Shown: one piece after another, positions 38,911 through 52,322 of the stretch
Position numbering within the stretch: position 1 is the first letter of the stretch
Layout of the letters: every line of letters begins with the position of its first letter
From: Octopus sinensis
Taxonomy: Eukaryota
Direction: 5' to 3'
DNA: 64,000 nucleotides
Assembly (NCBI RefSeq): GCF_006345805.1
Contig: NC_043010.1
Location: 42,346,001-42,410,000, forward strand
Position numbers and translations under genes: made by a program
The notes under the pieces: model-generated
What the model was told of the DNA's origin: nothing
Databases searched by the model: none
What the model saw: only the letters and a program-made list of their open reading frames with translations

Positions 38911-39779
38911 ATATATATATTATATATATATTATATATATATATATATATATACACTACATATGTGGAAATCTGTGGGTGTGTTTGCTTGTGACGTTGTT
39001 ATCTAACTCCTCCTACATAGTTTGATCGAGTTTGAGGAAACTTGACACGTGAATAGAACTCATGTCTGGAAAACTAGCGACATACTTAGATTGTTGAAAA
39101 AGCGATAATAGGGCCCCTGGATTTGATTCTTATATCTACTACATATAACTAAAATATTATTTTTAAACATCAAAGGGAAATAACCCATTCATGTTCGTAA
39201 ATTATTTCATATAAATCAAATTGAGTATGCTTGTTTCTTAGTATTTTAACTAATTTATCTAGTACAATACTTAAACACGTAAATAGTATTTTCCTAAACA
39301 ATAGATCCACTTATTTCGGTTAGTGACTTATCCACGAATATACCAACACTAGCACCACCGAGGGTAATATTCTCTGCGAACGCACAAAAGCTTTTTTTCA
39401 GAGTTATTTACTTTAAATTGTTATTATCTCATATCTGATTATGTAACAGGTTTCACGATTTTAAAATACATACCTTATTAGTATTTCCTCCTAAGTTCTA
39501 TATACTCTGGGAACGTATTAAAGTTCTTTTCGGAGCTACTTTATTTGAATTCTTACTCTCGGGTAATTAATTTCCTGTTATCACATAACTGACTTCACAA
39601 TTTGAGAATTCCTAAAAACAAGATCCTGTGTAAGACAGTTCGGTTTTCTCTGTAAATGCACAAAAATCGTTTTAAGGCCTACATACTTTGTATTGTTGTT
39701 ACTGGATTAACGAAACAATTATAAGAACGGAACCAAAGGATAAGCCCCGCTTTCCCGGAATTACCGGATACGTCAGCTA

Positions 39780-39811
<32 letters not shown>

Positions 39812-40271
39812 TGTGTGTGTGTGCGTGTGTGTTGTGTGTGTGTGCGTGTGTGTGTGTATGTATGTATGTATGTATGTATGTATGTATGCATGTATGTATG
39901 TATGTATGTGTGCAAGCATGCAAAGATGGAAATGAAAACGCAGCTCATTTCATATCGAATACTTGGCAAATAACTTGAAATGCTTATGGTAAATTGGTTT
40001 TCGTAAGCTGATGAAAAAACTAAATTGAGTCACTTTTCTGACAGCGTAAAGTTTATGAAATCATTTACGATTATTTGTTGTCAAAGGATTATCGTTAGAG
40101 TCGCCGCCCACCCCAGTGGGGAATATTGTCGATCACAAAGAAATCCAAGCGAGTACTTGGGTTCCGCTTTCAATTTCCGATTGTCGCTGCTTCATTTATT
40201 TTATTCTGCCTTTGTAATAGACATAAACGCTCACAAGATCTCTACTTTTCCTTTCAAACTGCTAGCTTAAA

Positions 40272-40480
40272 TAATCCTTTCTACTATAAGCAGAAGGCCT
40301 AAAATTTGTCGGGTAGGGATTTGTCAATTACATCGACCCCACTGGTACATATTTTATCGACCCCGAAAGGCTGAAAGCCAAAGTCGACCTCGGCTAAATT
40401 TAAACTTAGAACATAAAGACAGACGAAATTCAAATAAACATTTTGTCCCGTGTGCTAACGTTACTCCAGCTTGTCACCTT
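40272..40480 (-). mobile_element. SINE family B variant, TSD of about 11 bp
   Basis: tgcta(g/a)cttaa at 40260-40270 and 40481-40491. Confidence 0.8.
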
Positions 40481-41625
40481 TGCTAACTTAAGTAAGTTCC
40501 ATGAAGATTTACTCACCCTTTTCACTCTCTGTCTTACTCAGCATTCTCAGGCAGTCTAGAATTGGATATAAATACTATAAGTAGAGAACCAATCTCATTT
40601 TGCTCATGGTTTACCTCAAGTCGTGTGGTGCAGATGACAAACAAAGGAAATTGTAGCATGTACAATATAAGGTGACAGAAGGGGGAGGTATATGAAATTC
40701 TGTTAAGGAAAATGCACCAGTACAACTTTGACGAGGGGAAATTTAATAAAAACCATAAATATCATGTTAGATGAAGAAACACGAAGAGAGAATTAGAGCA
40801 AGCTCTGGCTTACAATACAAAACAATTAATGAATTAGTGTGGAACATGTGTACAGTCAGACTCATATGTATGAATAAGTTACGAATAATGTACGCCATTA
40901 GCTGTAAAATAAATGTCAAAATTATAGTAATAGGTACCAATACTGTAGCTCCCGTAACAAGTATAGTAATAGGTAACAATACTGTAGCTTCCGTTTATAA
41001 TAAGTTATAGTTAAACAATTAAATTTTCAGTTAAAAGTGAAATGAATTAACAACGTTATATAGGGAAAATAGTTCCACTAAATAAAAGATTATATTTAAA
41101 TTGAAAATAAGGAGGATATCTAATAAAGAATGACGAAAATCTAATGCAACGAACTATAAAACATTATCAAATAAAAAAAAAAAAAACATTCTTTAATGTT
41201 TTTTCATGAAGCTAAGAAATATAAACAGATAAGTCAAACTAGCGGCTATAACAATTCTGACGAAATTAAATAAGACAGAAGATTTTTTAAAAAAAGAAGG
41301 AAAATTTTTCAGCTCTAGCTGATAAATACAGGACCCAAAGGCACTGAAGCAGAATACATATTATAATCACAGAATAGGTACAGAATGTAAAGAGATGGCA
41401 TTCTTTCTGAGTACCTAATACTCAGTCTTTGTGTGAGTGTGTGTATGTGTGCGCATAGCTATAAAAGGGTTGGAACTTTCATACATTGGAAATTATGTTA
41501 GGCCAGTATTATTTGGAAGCTAGAGCCATGGGTAGCACTTCGTGTCGTCACTCGGCAGACTCAGTGAAACAAGAGTTTTCCATCAGGCTTGACCTGAGGC
41601 TGTACACACGAATAGCAACTGACAG

Positions 41626-41975
41626 GAAAGCAATGTCAGTGTGACCATATTCAGAAATATACCAATATACCAATCCATACAGACAAGAAGATTAAGGCGA
41701 ATTGCTAGGACGTTATTAAGAAAAGTTATCAGCAATTTCTTCTAATCGATGGATCGATATCAAAAGTCGTCAATATACCTCTGCAAGAAATGGAGATCTA
41801 TCCAAATACGAAGATCTCAGAATAAAGATTAATAGAATGTCATGATTGGAAATAGAAATAATGTTCACCGTAACAGGTAACTTTGAAATGATATAGAAAA
41901 GAACAGACGAATCCTAACCAAAACTCCAGAGCTGACGCACATAAGGAATATACAGGAAAATAACATTATATGGCG
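41626..41975 (+). mobile_element. R4/Dong-like LINE restriction-like endonuclease domain fossil
   Basis: With frameshifts: VTIFRNIP/IHTDKKIKANC*DVIKKS..FLLIDGSI...LQEME/LSKYEDLRIKINRM. This matches the RLE pattern ILWD.PI.TD..I.ANRPD....LIDV.IP......EK..KY.DL..EI.RMW. Confidence 0.78.
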
Positions 41976-42819
41976 CGAATAGTGGGTACAGAATGAATCT
42001 GAATTTACAAACTCTATGAAAAACTAATAAACTCCACGAAGATAAAATTCTAAATAAACTTTACTCCTCGAGTTCTACTTATAAAACAGAAAATGTAAAA
42101 TGGACTCGATAAGAACGCGCTTCTGTATTTTACTGCTGTAGCTGTCTTTATTAAGATAAAGACAGATGCAATACACTCGAGTATATGAAAATGACATTTA
42201 TTAGAATTAGTTTTTAATTCGAATTAAATAATTAAATTTAATATGAAGTTAAATATAATCTAATATAGAAAAATAACATTTAATGAATGCATAAGAAAAA
42301 TAGTCTTGGACAGAGAACAAGCAACAAAAAAAATAAAATGCTTTAAACATTTAAACCGTAAATCAAGAAAATGGTTCTAGTCTAACAAAATCAAGCCTCA
42401 ATATCTATCAACCAACAAAAGCCGAACTAGAACTAAATCAATGAAAATATATATTCATATTCAATGAATAGAAAAATCTATATTACATTATTGCTGTTTG
42501 AATATGACAATATTATAAAGGTGGAGACGGTTAAATGATTAAATTCTACATATCTTCTTATGGACGACGTAACACCTTTTTAGAGATCACGACCAAAATT
42601 AAAAAGTAGAAGAAAACTGAACTATCAGATATCTATTATGATCAGCTGTCAACATCAATATCGTCTCGATAAATCTATGCAGCGTCGCAATAATTACAAT
42701 GAAATGTAGATATAGCCTCAAAATTTTCCATATACGAATTGACAAACCTAAGTAAACAACGTAGAAAACCGACACATAGATCATGATAACAATTATAAGT
42801 TAAGATCTGTCACTATGTC

Positions 42820-42994
42820 AGGAGCAGGAGTGGCTGTGTGGTAAGTAGCTTGCTTACCAACCACATGGTTCTGGGTTCACTCCCACTGCGTGGCACCTTG
42901 GGCAAGTGTCTTTTACTATAGCCTCGGGCCAACCAAAGCCTTGTGAGTAGATTTGGTAGACGAAACTGAAAGAAGCCAGTCGTATATATGTATG

Positions 42995-43074
<80 letters not shown>

Positions 43075-43273
43075 TTATGTGTTTGTGTTTGTCCCCCCAA
43101 CATCGCTTGACAACAGATGGTGGTGTGTTTACGTCCCCGTAACTTAGCGGTTAGAATAAGTACTAAGCTTACAAAGAATAAGTCCTGAGGTCGATTTGCT
43201 CGACTAAAGGCGGTGCTCCAGCATGGCCACAGTCAAATGACTGAAACAAATAAAAGAGTAAAGAGTAAAGAGT
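42820..43273 (+). mobile_element. SINE family A
   Basis: Full length with a small internal deletion. Confidence 0.92.
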
Positions 43274-43683
43274 ATGTAATGAGATCGACGGAATCAGATA
43301 AATTAAAAAGAGATATTTTTTTAAAAAAAACAGAACCTGACGCGAAAGCATGTTTCAAGCAAGAATTTTTACTAAATTTCCCAAAAATCCATGTTTAGGA
43401 AGAGAACTACATTATTAAAAACAAAGCATTTTGTTTCTAGCAAAAAGTAACACAAAAATATATAAAACAAAAATTAAAGAAACATTAACAAACAAAGCAG
43501 AAAACTTTAGGAACGAATAAGTACCTTTTGTGAGCCCCAAAACAATACTCATGGAACTAAAAAAAAATCTTATGAATGAATAATAATCCAAGAAATAAAC
43601 CATGCTTTAAAAAAAATGTAAAAAAAAAAAAAATGTGGTCGATGCATTCGACTAAACTTTTTCAAGGCTTCATATTGTTCTAG

Positions 43684-43791
43684 ATGATCAATTTTCGTCC
43701 TCTGTCACCAATCTCTTCAAAAAAGTACCGTTTTCTTCATGTTTCTACAATGAATCACAGGTGGCAATCCGCTGGACTTGAGCATCAAACT
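43684..43791 (-). mobile_element. Mariner transposase fragment (copy 1, with a 30-bp internal deletion)
   Basis: Near-identical to 47993-48130. Confidence 0.75.
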
Positions 43792-46148
43792 CGAATGAAA
43801 AGCGCTAAACTTCCAGCTAAAATATCTAATACCCTTAAAGTCATTGCATATTATCCAATGGTTTACTGAAAGATCAAACAAAAAGGATCTGAATGGATTC
43901 CAATAGAAGACCATCACAACCCTAACACAGCATTAAATCCACCAAACTAAAGACTCATAATCTGATATCTTTTTTATCACCTGAAAAAATAAAATGCTTT
44001 CAGAAAGAATGCCTCCCACGTAGGGTTTATATTACTGCAAAAACCAGTTACTGACGGTTGTTTAACTGAAAACATGAGGAGAAAAGCGATACGATAATAG
44101 CATGGGTTGATAATCAGAAATCTTTACACAGTCCTCTACATTGGGAAGTTCTGAAAAGTTTTATCACTAGCAAGTTAATCTCAATGACAAGCAGATACGA
44201 GACTTGTAAATACATACAAATCCATATACTAAAGAGAGTACAGTGCAGGCACTTACAACTCCATATATCAAAGCGAGTACAGCGCATATAAATGAAAGAA
44301 ATGGTTAGGAAGCAATATACGTAATAAGGTACAGTAATGAAGTACAGTCATGTTTTCAACTGTAGCTGAGTGAAATAGCAAGAAAGCAAAGAAGATAGTG
44401 ATGTCCTTTAGAGTACATGAAAAAACTGACTCAGAAAGATTGCACTTACTTTGAACGCAAATTGGTGATTGTTTTCTGCAATTTGCAAACAATTAGAAGT
44501 GGTTCGCTTGCATGTGTACAATTGGAGAATATTTCTTTCAATAGGAAATTAGACTCTATCACCAGTTGTTTACTCTCCATGAAAATATATCAGGAAAGCC
44601 AACGATGCTTTAATGAATCAGTCTGCAATCCTTCTTACCCTTAAACTTTGTCCAAGCTTTCCATTCTCTTACTCTGAGGATCACTGCTGATTTTCTAAAA
44701 TTTTTAAACCCTCTACTCCTCTATTATGATAAAGCCGTTGCATTTCTGTCTGTTTTAATTCTCACCCCACACTCAGCATTCATAATGAAACACCTCGCTG
44801 ACCCTCCTGTCTCACCGCATCATACATATATTCACTAAGTGAGAATGCTTATTCTATCACTCCAGCCCAATAAGACATCTGGTTCTAGTTGTGGTTTTGT
44901 CATTAAGCTCGAATTTGAACGCTATCATGAAACGAACCGTAGGAAAAAAAAAAGAAATGTAAATTCGAGAGGTATGCAGGTGTTAGGTAGGGCTAGAGCT
45001 GAGACATTATAAGAATTATCAAGAAAGGAAAGGGGGTTTACACTGGGTTGCTCAAGTAGTGATAGCAGCGACAGAGTACAGAAAAGTCATATTATCTAAC
45101 AATTTAAGAGGAAACCGAAACGCTGCTGTTATGAATTAAATATGATTATTTATATATTTGTAAGGGACCTTATGTTAAATAACTTGTTAAGAGTAACCTA
45201 ACCCTATTTGTTATGTATATGCTTACAATTAGATTCCAATCATTGAACTCACCTACGAAATATATATGTTATCTCCAGCAGAGTGTATTAAAATATAATT
45301 CAACGAAAGTAGTGTGATAAGATATTGATATTATCTCTGCGTGGGTTTCTATTAAAGCTGTATTTTCTTTCCTTCAGAACACTGAAATAAATACCGCCAT
45401 CGTTTTACTCTATAATTTGCATTAAACTTCTTTTTAAAAGCCTATTTTAATAGTGAAACATTGAAAAGAGTTCTGCCAATAAACAAATACTAGGTTGGTA
45501 TATGATGTAAAAAAGAACTGTTGAGAAAAAGAGAATTCAAAGAAAAAAAAACGAAATTATTTACAGTTTAAAGAAAATAACATATAACGGCGCAGAGAAG
45601 AAAGTAAAGAGCGGTGTATAGCGGCAATAGGGAAGGGTAATGAAAGCGGAAGATTCCGATTGTTGGAAATTGAGAAATAATAAATGTTTAAGATTTCATG
45701 GAGAATTGCAAGGATTTAGCGAAGATCGATGGCTAAAGAAAGAGAACAAAACAAAAAAAAGGAAAAGATTAAGTAAAAATTATAATGACTAAAAATATAA
45801 ATCATAGTTATTGGAAGTTTATAATTTGAAGACTAATCAGCTGAGACGGTATATGGAGAAAGAGAGAAGGAGAGAAATAGAGAGACATAGACAGAGAGAG
45901 GGCGGCAGAGACAGAGAAAGAGGGGAAACAAGTAAGCAGACTAAAAGATTTAACTGAAAATTTAAAGTTATAAAATAGTTTTCAAATTACAAACTAAAAT
46001 TTTGTTGCCAGAGAATATACACAATTGCATTTGTGCATTTGTGCATTTGTGCGTGTGATTGCACGTTTGCATATGCTTTCGCTTGTGCGTGAGCATATTT
46101 GTGTGAATGTAAAAATAATATGTATCATGAGTTTTAATGATTGAATAA

Positions 46149-46188
<40 letters not shown>

Positions 46189-46353
46189 TGTGTGTGTGTG
46201 CGTGTGTATGTGTGTGAGTGTGTGTGTTCATATGCGGCTCATAAAAGTTTGTGTGTAAGTGTCGGAAAGCATGCATTGTATGCATATATATGTGTGTGTG
46301 TGCGTGTAAATTTATATATCTGCCTTACTTGTACACACATACATACTTTCTCT

Positions 46354-46400
<47 letters not shown>

Positions 46401-46489
46401 ACACGAGAGAAAGTATGTGTGTGTGTAAATTTATGTATCTGCCTTACTTGTACACAAATTCATACTTTCTCTCGTGTCGATATATATAT

Positions 46490-46559
<70 letters not shown>

Positions 46560-46619
46560 GCATACACATACGCGCGCGCACACACACACACATACACTCG
46601 CGCACACTCGCACACACAC

Positions 46620-47100
46620 TGAAGAAACTGATGCAAGCTGAAAGTAATGTAAACGATGCAGGAGAAGGATGGCAGTCTATAGAGCAGAGGTAACGGAGCT
46701 CAAACAGATGGATGCGATTAGCGAAAACAGTGGAAAGCCTCGGAGCATACTGTTGAGAGAAATTGAAAGGACGTTACTAGGCCAAGTGGCACTTTATTGC
46801 TTTGAAATGAAGTACCCAGAGTTGTTTCTGTACTTGGGTCGCATGTACACGGGGAGGTAGGTGATACACGCAGGGTGGCGAACAAAAGTTTTGGGGTGGT
46901 TTTGTCGAATGTGTGTGCATAAATGTGCGAGTGCGTGCGCAGGCATTGGCGGGGATTTGGATTCGAAATGGGCAGTAAATTTGCAAGTTTCCATTCCTAG
47001 AATACTGTTGACAGAAAGCTCTAGTTTGAGGGATGGCGAATGGGAGGATGCCATTAAACTAGAAGAAAACCTCTTGACAAAGGACCAAAAGGGCCAGCAA
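46620..47100 (-). mobile_element. Highly degenerate Jockey/I-group LINE RT C-terminal fragment
   Basis: Frameshifted KTFVR/PCVYHLPPRVHATQVQKQLWVLHFKAIK resembles K.FVRP.LEY....W.......L..IQNKA.R. Confidence 0.35.
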
Positions 47101-47269
47101 CTCTCTAGGCGGTAAAGGGAACTTGCAGTAGTTTGAGAGCCAACAAGTGGGCCTTTATACGGTCTCTTATCTTGCTAGTTATAACAACTAAATTTCCTTC
47201 AAATCATGACTGGTATGCTTCTGATTATAGATCTTTGCGAGCGGGTCTAAACTGCTGCATTTTCTTTCC

Positions 47270-47557
47270 TTGGAAAGAGTAATGAGAGATAGACATGTGT
47301 AATACTGGATGTGAGATAGTCAACCAGTAGTTATGTTCTGAGAAGTTGGGAGTGTTGTGGAAACCGCAGATCAATTCAGAGAAGAGATGGAAGAATGGTG
47401 TTAGCTACAGATCATACCTTCAGATATAGGCCAGAAATAAGGCCAAGAAACTTATCGCAGAAAGCAACGTGATATGTGACTTGCAGTTTAGTAGGAAGTT
47501 GTGTGCGGAGTCCATGTTCGACAGAAGTGCAGAGATGTTACCATGAAGGAAAGAGAA
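47270..47557 (-). mobile_element. Degenerate LINE AP-endonuclease N-terminus
   Basis: 47557-47453 reads FSFLHGNISALLSNMDSAHNFLLNCKSHITLLSA, similar to the NI.GL.SN......L....PDI..LSET pattern. Confidence 0.4.
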
Positions 47558-47992
47558 TATTTTAGGGAATTAAAGGTGTTCTTGCATAGTTGTAAGTTTA
47601 TTTGATGTAGTTTTTGTTGTGGCTTTGATCTCTAAATAGCTTGGCTGGATGTGAAAGGCCGCGAGGGAGCCTTTCGAAATGCTTGATATAACACTTGTCA
47701 CAAACTGGTTAGCTTGCGGTTGTTATTTAGTCCTGACTGATCAAACATATGATTAAAGACGTTCCACCCATGATCATCACACTTTTTTAAACAGGTATTT
47801 GGTATCTAAGACTATATTATCCAACGTACTTATCCCTCCTCAAGATTTTTCAGTCACTTGAAATAGATGTTTGAAAACTGATAACAGAATTCCAAAAAAT
47901 TAATCTCACAGCCAATGTATCTTTAATCAACGGACAAAATCATCACGAGAGTTTCTTTCTATTTATATGGTTTTCACATAGAACTTCTGAAA

Positions 47993-48130
47993 ATGATCCA
48001 TTTTCGTCCTCTGTCACCAGTCTCTTCAAAAAAGTACCGTTTTCTTCATGTTTCTACAATGAATCACAGGTGGCAATCTGCTGGATGATGCTAACCTCAT
48101 TCAATTGATGCTGAACCTGAGCATCAAACT
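47993..48130 (-). mobile_element. Mariner transposase fragment (copy 2)
   Basis: KFDAQVQHQLNEVSIIQQIATCDSL*KHEENGTFLKRLVTEDE, covering the WVPHEL-like linker to the FLKR.VTGDEKW first catalytic Asp. Confidence 0.82.
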
Positions 48131-48809
48131 TACTAATGTAACCAAGTTAATGCAAATTCCTTTTCAAAACTCGATCTGAACATTTGGGGAATATCTGAGA
48201 TCATCTTGGTCGTATAACGGGAGTTAGTATTGCTATTAATCTCAGTTGGCTGGTAACAGCGAGGGACATCTTAAGCGGAAAAATTTCCCGATCGAAATCT
48301 TGAAAATCACATGTGACACAGGTTCCGTAACAACATCCTCTTCGTACATAACACATATCTTCCTACAGGTTTCCGCCACTTGCTTGATTTTTTTTTTTTA
48401 AATGAAAAAGTATGAGGTGTCGATAATGTTCGATTTGGTGCTCTATTTTCAGGGTGTCAAGTATCTAACGAGTGTGCATGCGCAAAAGACAGACTGTTCT
48501 TGTCCTCCATACAATCATATTTGAGTTATAACCATTTTAAATGCTATGTAGGACATGAAGGCAAAAATGTGATGATAAACTGACTTTGGGAAGAATGACC
48601 AGTAGGTGAAGTAGTAGTTACAGTTCGTATTGAGTTTAAAAAGGGTAAGGTGTAGGGAAGACAAAGGAAGTCATAGGGAAAACGTAACAATTAACGGTGT
48701 CTGGGTTGTTGAAAATGAGACTGCGAGTTTTGTAATATTTGAAATGAATTTTGAAAAATATCTTGAAGTAGTTATAACCAAACTACGATGACACTTTTTT
48801 ATATGTATA

Positions 48810-49106
48810 CTAACAGTATCGCCCGGCGTTGCTCGGGTTTGTAAGGGAAATAACTATATAAGCATTTTTAGAGAGTTCCCTTATATAATAGCAAAAAAAT
48901 GCATTAAAAATGAGAAAAATGATGGTAAATTTTTTTTTAATCGTAGACTCATCGTAGACGCGCGCTAATACCCAGAAGGGCTCGATATGAATCACGACTA
49001 TAAGATACCAGCTTTTGGTTAAACTGCACCGCAAAATTTGGGAGTAGTTAGGAATCTAAATCGTAGGAGACAGACACTCACACAACTTCACTTTTATATA
49101 TAAAGA
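48810..49106 (-). mobile_element. Non-autonomous Helitron, 297 bp
   Basis: Minus strand: host A | TCtttatatataaaag ... hairpin cccgagcaacgccggg, then cgatactgTTAG (CTAG variant) | host T. No TSD. Confidence 0.82.
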
Positions 49107-51601
49107 TTTAAATGTTACTTTAATCTACATCAAATGGGTCTTTTCTTTGCAAACACAACCTTCCTGTTGAAAGTAGGCAAGAATTTTAATCATCTGACAA
49201 TAGTTTAGTTATCTATTTTTTTTTTCTCGCAGCACTATTTTAATCCCACAACATAGATTTTTAGGAGAAAAACAAGTATTGTTGTTATTATATACTTTAA
49301 TTTTATTCGTGAAATCTTTCAGTTTCTCTTCCAACATAAACATTATATAATTATATAATTATATCCGAAATACTTTTAACTTTCCTTAAATGTGATTTGA
49401 AAGCCAAAATGCCTGGATTTAATGTAGTCTTCAAGAAACAAATAATGATAATAATAATAATCATAATAAAAACAAGCTTTAGATTGACTAAACGTGAGGA
49501 GATATTTATTGATATCATATCATCATCCTGATGTATCGCCCCATACCACCTCGATTTCTTCGACAACACAAGCTCTAATATATTTAATTCCATGTCTTTT
49601 TCCCTTTTCCCCTTTTATTACAAATATTTTCCACCAGCATTATCGACTTCTTTTTCTACCTATACTTCTCACAGTGTTTGCCTTCTTTGCGCTACAACTT
49701 CCTCCCACTCAATCAGCTTAGGAAGAGGGGTCGGAGGATGTCTCACGCATTCTGTCCTTCCCTACTTCAGCTTTCTATCTATCTATCGTTGAGTACTTCT
49801 AGTTCCTAAAAACCCACGCTGACCTATTCTTACACGCACAAACATCCAAACATATATGTGTATGTGAGGGGAGTGTTCACACAGACACGTGTGTATGTGA
49901 ATATATTTGAGTATAATAATATGTGTGAGTGTGTGTGTTCGAAATTTGTTATCGTTAGAATTATTTATTCTAATTCTAAATTTTCTATATCGTTCGCTGC
50001 CCTTTTGATTCACTTCTTTCCCTTTCCAAACCAAAATATAAATCAATCGATATAACACTCAAAACTATTTTGTTTTCTTCTTGTTATTACCTGAAGTGAG
50101 GAGGCAGTTGTTTTTCTTGTTGCTAGCTCCCTTGTGCTTGCTAATGTGCTTCGACTACAGCTGCTGCTAATACTACTTTACTTTCAATATAACAAACAAA
50201 ACTACTATTTCATACGTTACATAGACATTCCGGTTCAAAATCAAATGCACACCGTTAAATTGACACTGCAATTACTTCCATCCATATCAGAAACAAGCGA
50301 ACTCAGCACTGTTGCCTAACCTTCTGGAAACAGCAGTCAAATCTGTATCCAATCGCAGCAAATTATTTTAGATAAAAACGGTACACAGGACAATGTTTAA
50401 CGGTAATGATATTCGTTGCAGCCAAGGGTCACCAATTGTAACGGTTTGTTGTTAAGGTGTTGGTTGCCAGTGAGCAAGATGGAAGAAGAACAGTGATTGA
50501 AGTTGTAAAGATATATTTTTATTTACCGTTACTTTGTATATATCCAAAACCACGACGGGTTTGTATGTATAATTAGTAAATGGAAAAGCATACGAGGTAA
50601 AGAAAAAAAAAGAGTTAATTTCGGCCGGTATGTGCGTATACGATCTCATAGTAGTATATATAGAGAGATATAGTAATGTTACAGAGAAAAGAAAGTGAGT
50701 TAGTGAAAGTGAGAGAGTCGAGGGAAGTTGTCTCGCATAGTCGCTGATTGTAACTTTCTTTTTCTCTCTGTCCGTTTGGTCTCTAGTGGCTGCCTGCTTG
50801 TGGTCATAACTCTAGTTGTCCATTCACACTCATTGATGGTCGCTCTCATTAACTGACTTTGTCTTACAGAGTTCTTGTTTTTATAACTATCCAAAACTAG
50901 CCAGAAGGACAGTCATATTGTTGAGAACAACAGATTTCGTTGGCGGTCTGTTATCTCTATTCTAGCCAGTGGTGGCCTAGAAGAGGTTAGAAGGGTCAAG
51001 TGGCGAAGACATTATTCTGGTTTAGCGTGAGAAAAGTGCTGTTGAACTGTCTAGTGAAATTTGACTATCGAGGATCGAATCCACGCTATGCCTGCATGAA
51101 GCCGCTACATGTAATCCCTCGATTACATGTAGTGATTACATGAAGCCACTACACTGTAATCCTTCGACGGGATAACCACTGCTCAAAAATTATAACATAA
51201 ACAACAATGGCTCAATATTTAAAATTTGTAAAATTTGAGGACCTCATTATCTTTTGTTTTGTTAGTATCAGTCCGTTAATGAGAGATACAATAGTATAGT
51301 ACCGTAGGTTCGAACCAAGAAATTAGAAAAGTGTGTTTATTATATACTAGCAACGGAAACACTATGATAAAATATAAAGTGTTCACATTATATTCCAGTT
51401 ATTGTCCTTCTTTATACTTATTAAAGTATTGTATTTTGGATAGTTTATTGTAATTTTAAATTTTACTCAATTTTGTCAACCCCACAAAGTGGAAAAGCAG
51501 TTGACCAGGGCATGATTTGAACTCAAAACATAAAGAACAGTAACTAAATACTGAAAACATTTTGATCGACTCCGGTCAGCCTCAGAAACAACATTCAACT
51601 A

Positions 51602-51724
51602 CGAGTGGTGTATGAAAAGTCTTGAGCCTCAAAAAAACAAAACATAGTACAAGATTTCTTATGAAGGTACAAGATCTCAAGGCTCAAAGGCCTTGAAGGT
51701 TCAAACCTTTTCATACACCCCTCG
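51602..51724. mobile_element. Tc1/mariner-type MITE, 123 bp
   Basis: TA at 51600-51601 and 51725-51726; 28-bp TIR cgag(t/g)ggtgtatgaaaag... with 4 mismatches. Confidence 0.85.
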
Positions 51725-52280
51725 TATGTGTCTTTTTTCTATTTGAGACAGTAGGGTATAATTTAAAGGATTTCTATTTTCATCTGGTCTAGCGACTGCT
51801 CAGAGACTTCCTCGCTGATTTTATCCACAAAAATGTACTGAGAAAACAGCATATGTACCCGTTCAACCGATAAGTATTTCTTTAACTTGCTTTACTAAAA
51901 TCACATCTGTACACATCAATGCATTGCAAACTGTAGTCAGGCCAAACATAACAACAGCTTCCTATGATGTAGATGGAACTCATACGCTGTAATGGATGGA
52001 AGACGGAGAGCAGAATATAAGATGTGCATATATTCTCTGAAGATCATAAATAGTGGACTCTGATAGGGAATTGAGCCTAAAAGTTAAAGATCCACAGCAC
52101 GACGGAACTGTATAAACAATTTACAGTATCAAATACTGCGGTAGGGAAGGACTCGCGTGTGTGTGTTTGTGTGTGTTTGTGTGTGGTGTGTGTGTGTGTG
52201 TGTGGTTATATTATTTTGATAACGCAGTAGGTTAGATAGAATTATGTCTATATTACAATAACCAATATGTTGTGCATGTA

Positions 52281-52322
52281 TAGAACCTTAGGGTGCCGGG
52301 GAACCCCGGTTGAGAAACGCTG
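52281..52322. mobile_element. Solitary hAT-type MITE terminus
   Basis: Reverse complement CAGCGTTTCTCAACCGGGGTTCCCCGGCACCCTAAGGTTC resembles CAGTGTTTCTCAAC hAT ends. The partner end was not found. Confidence 0.45.

Noticed and set aside
47722-47836. Ancient dispersed repeat (similar pieces near 15500, 24350, 25100, 30870, 51740, 58140)
   Set aside because: Similarity is visible but too degenerate to set boundaries or class by eye.
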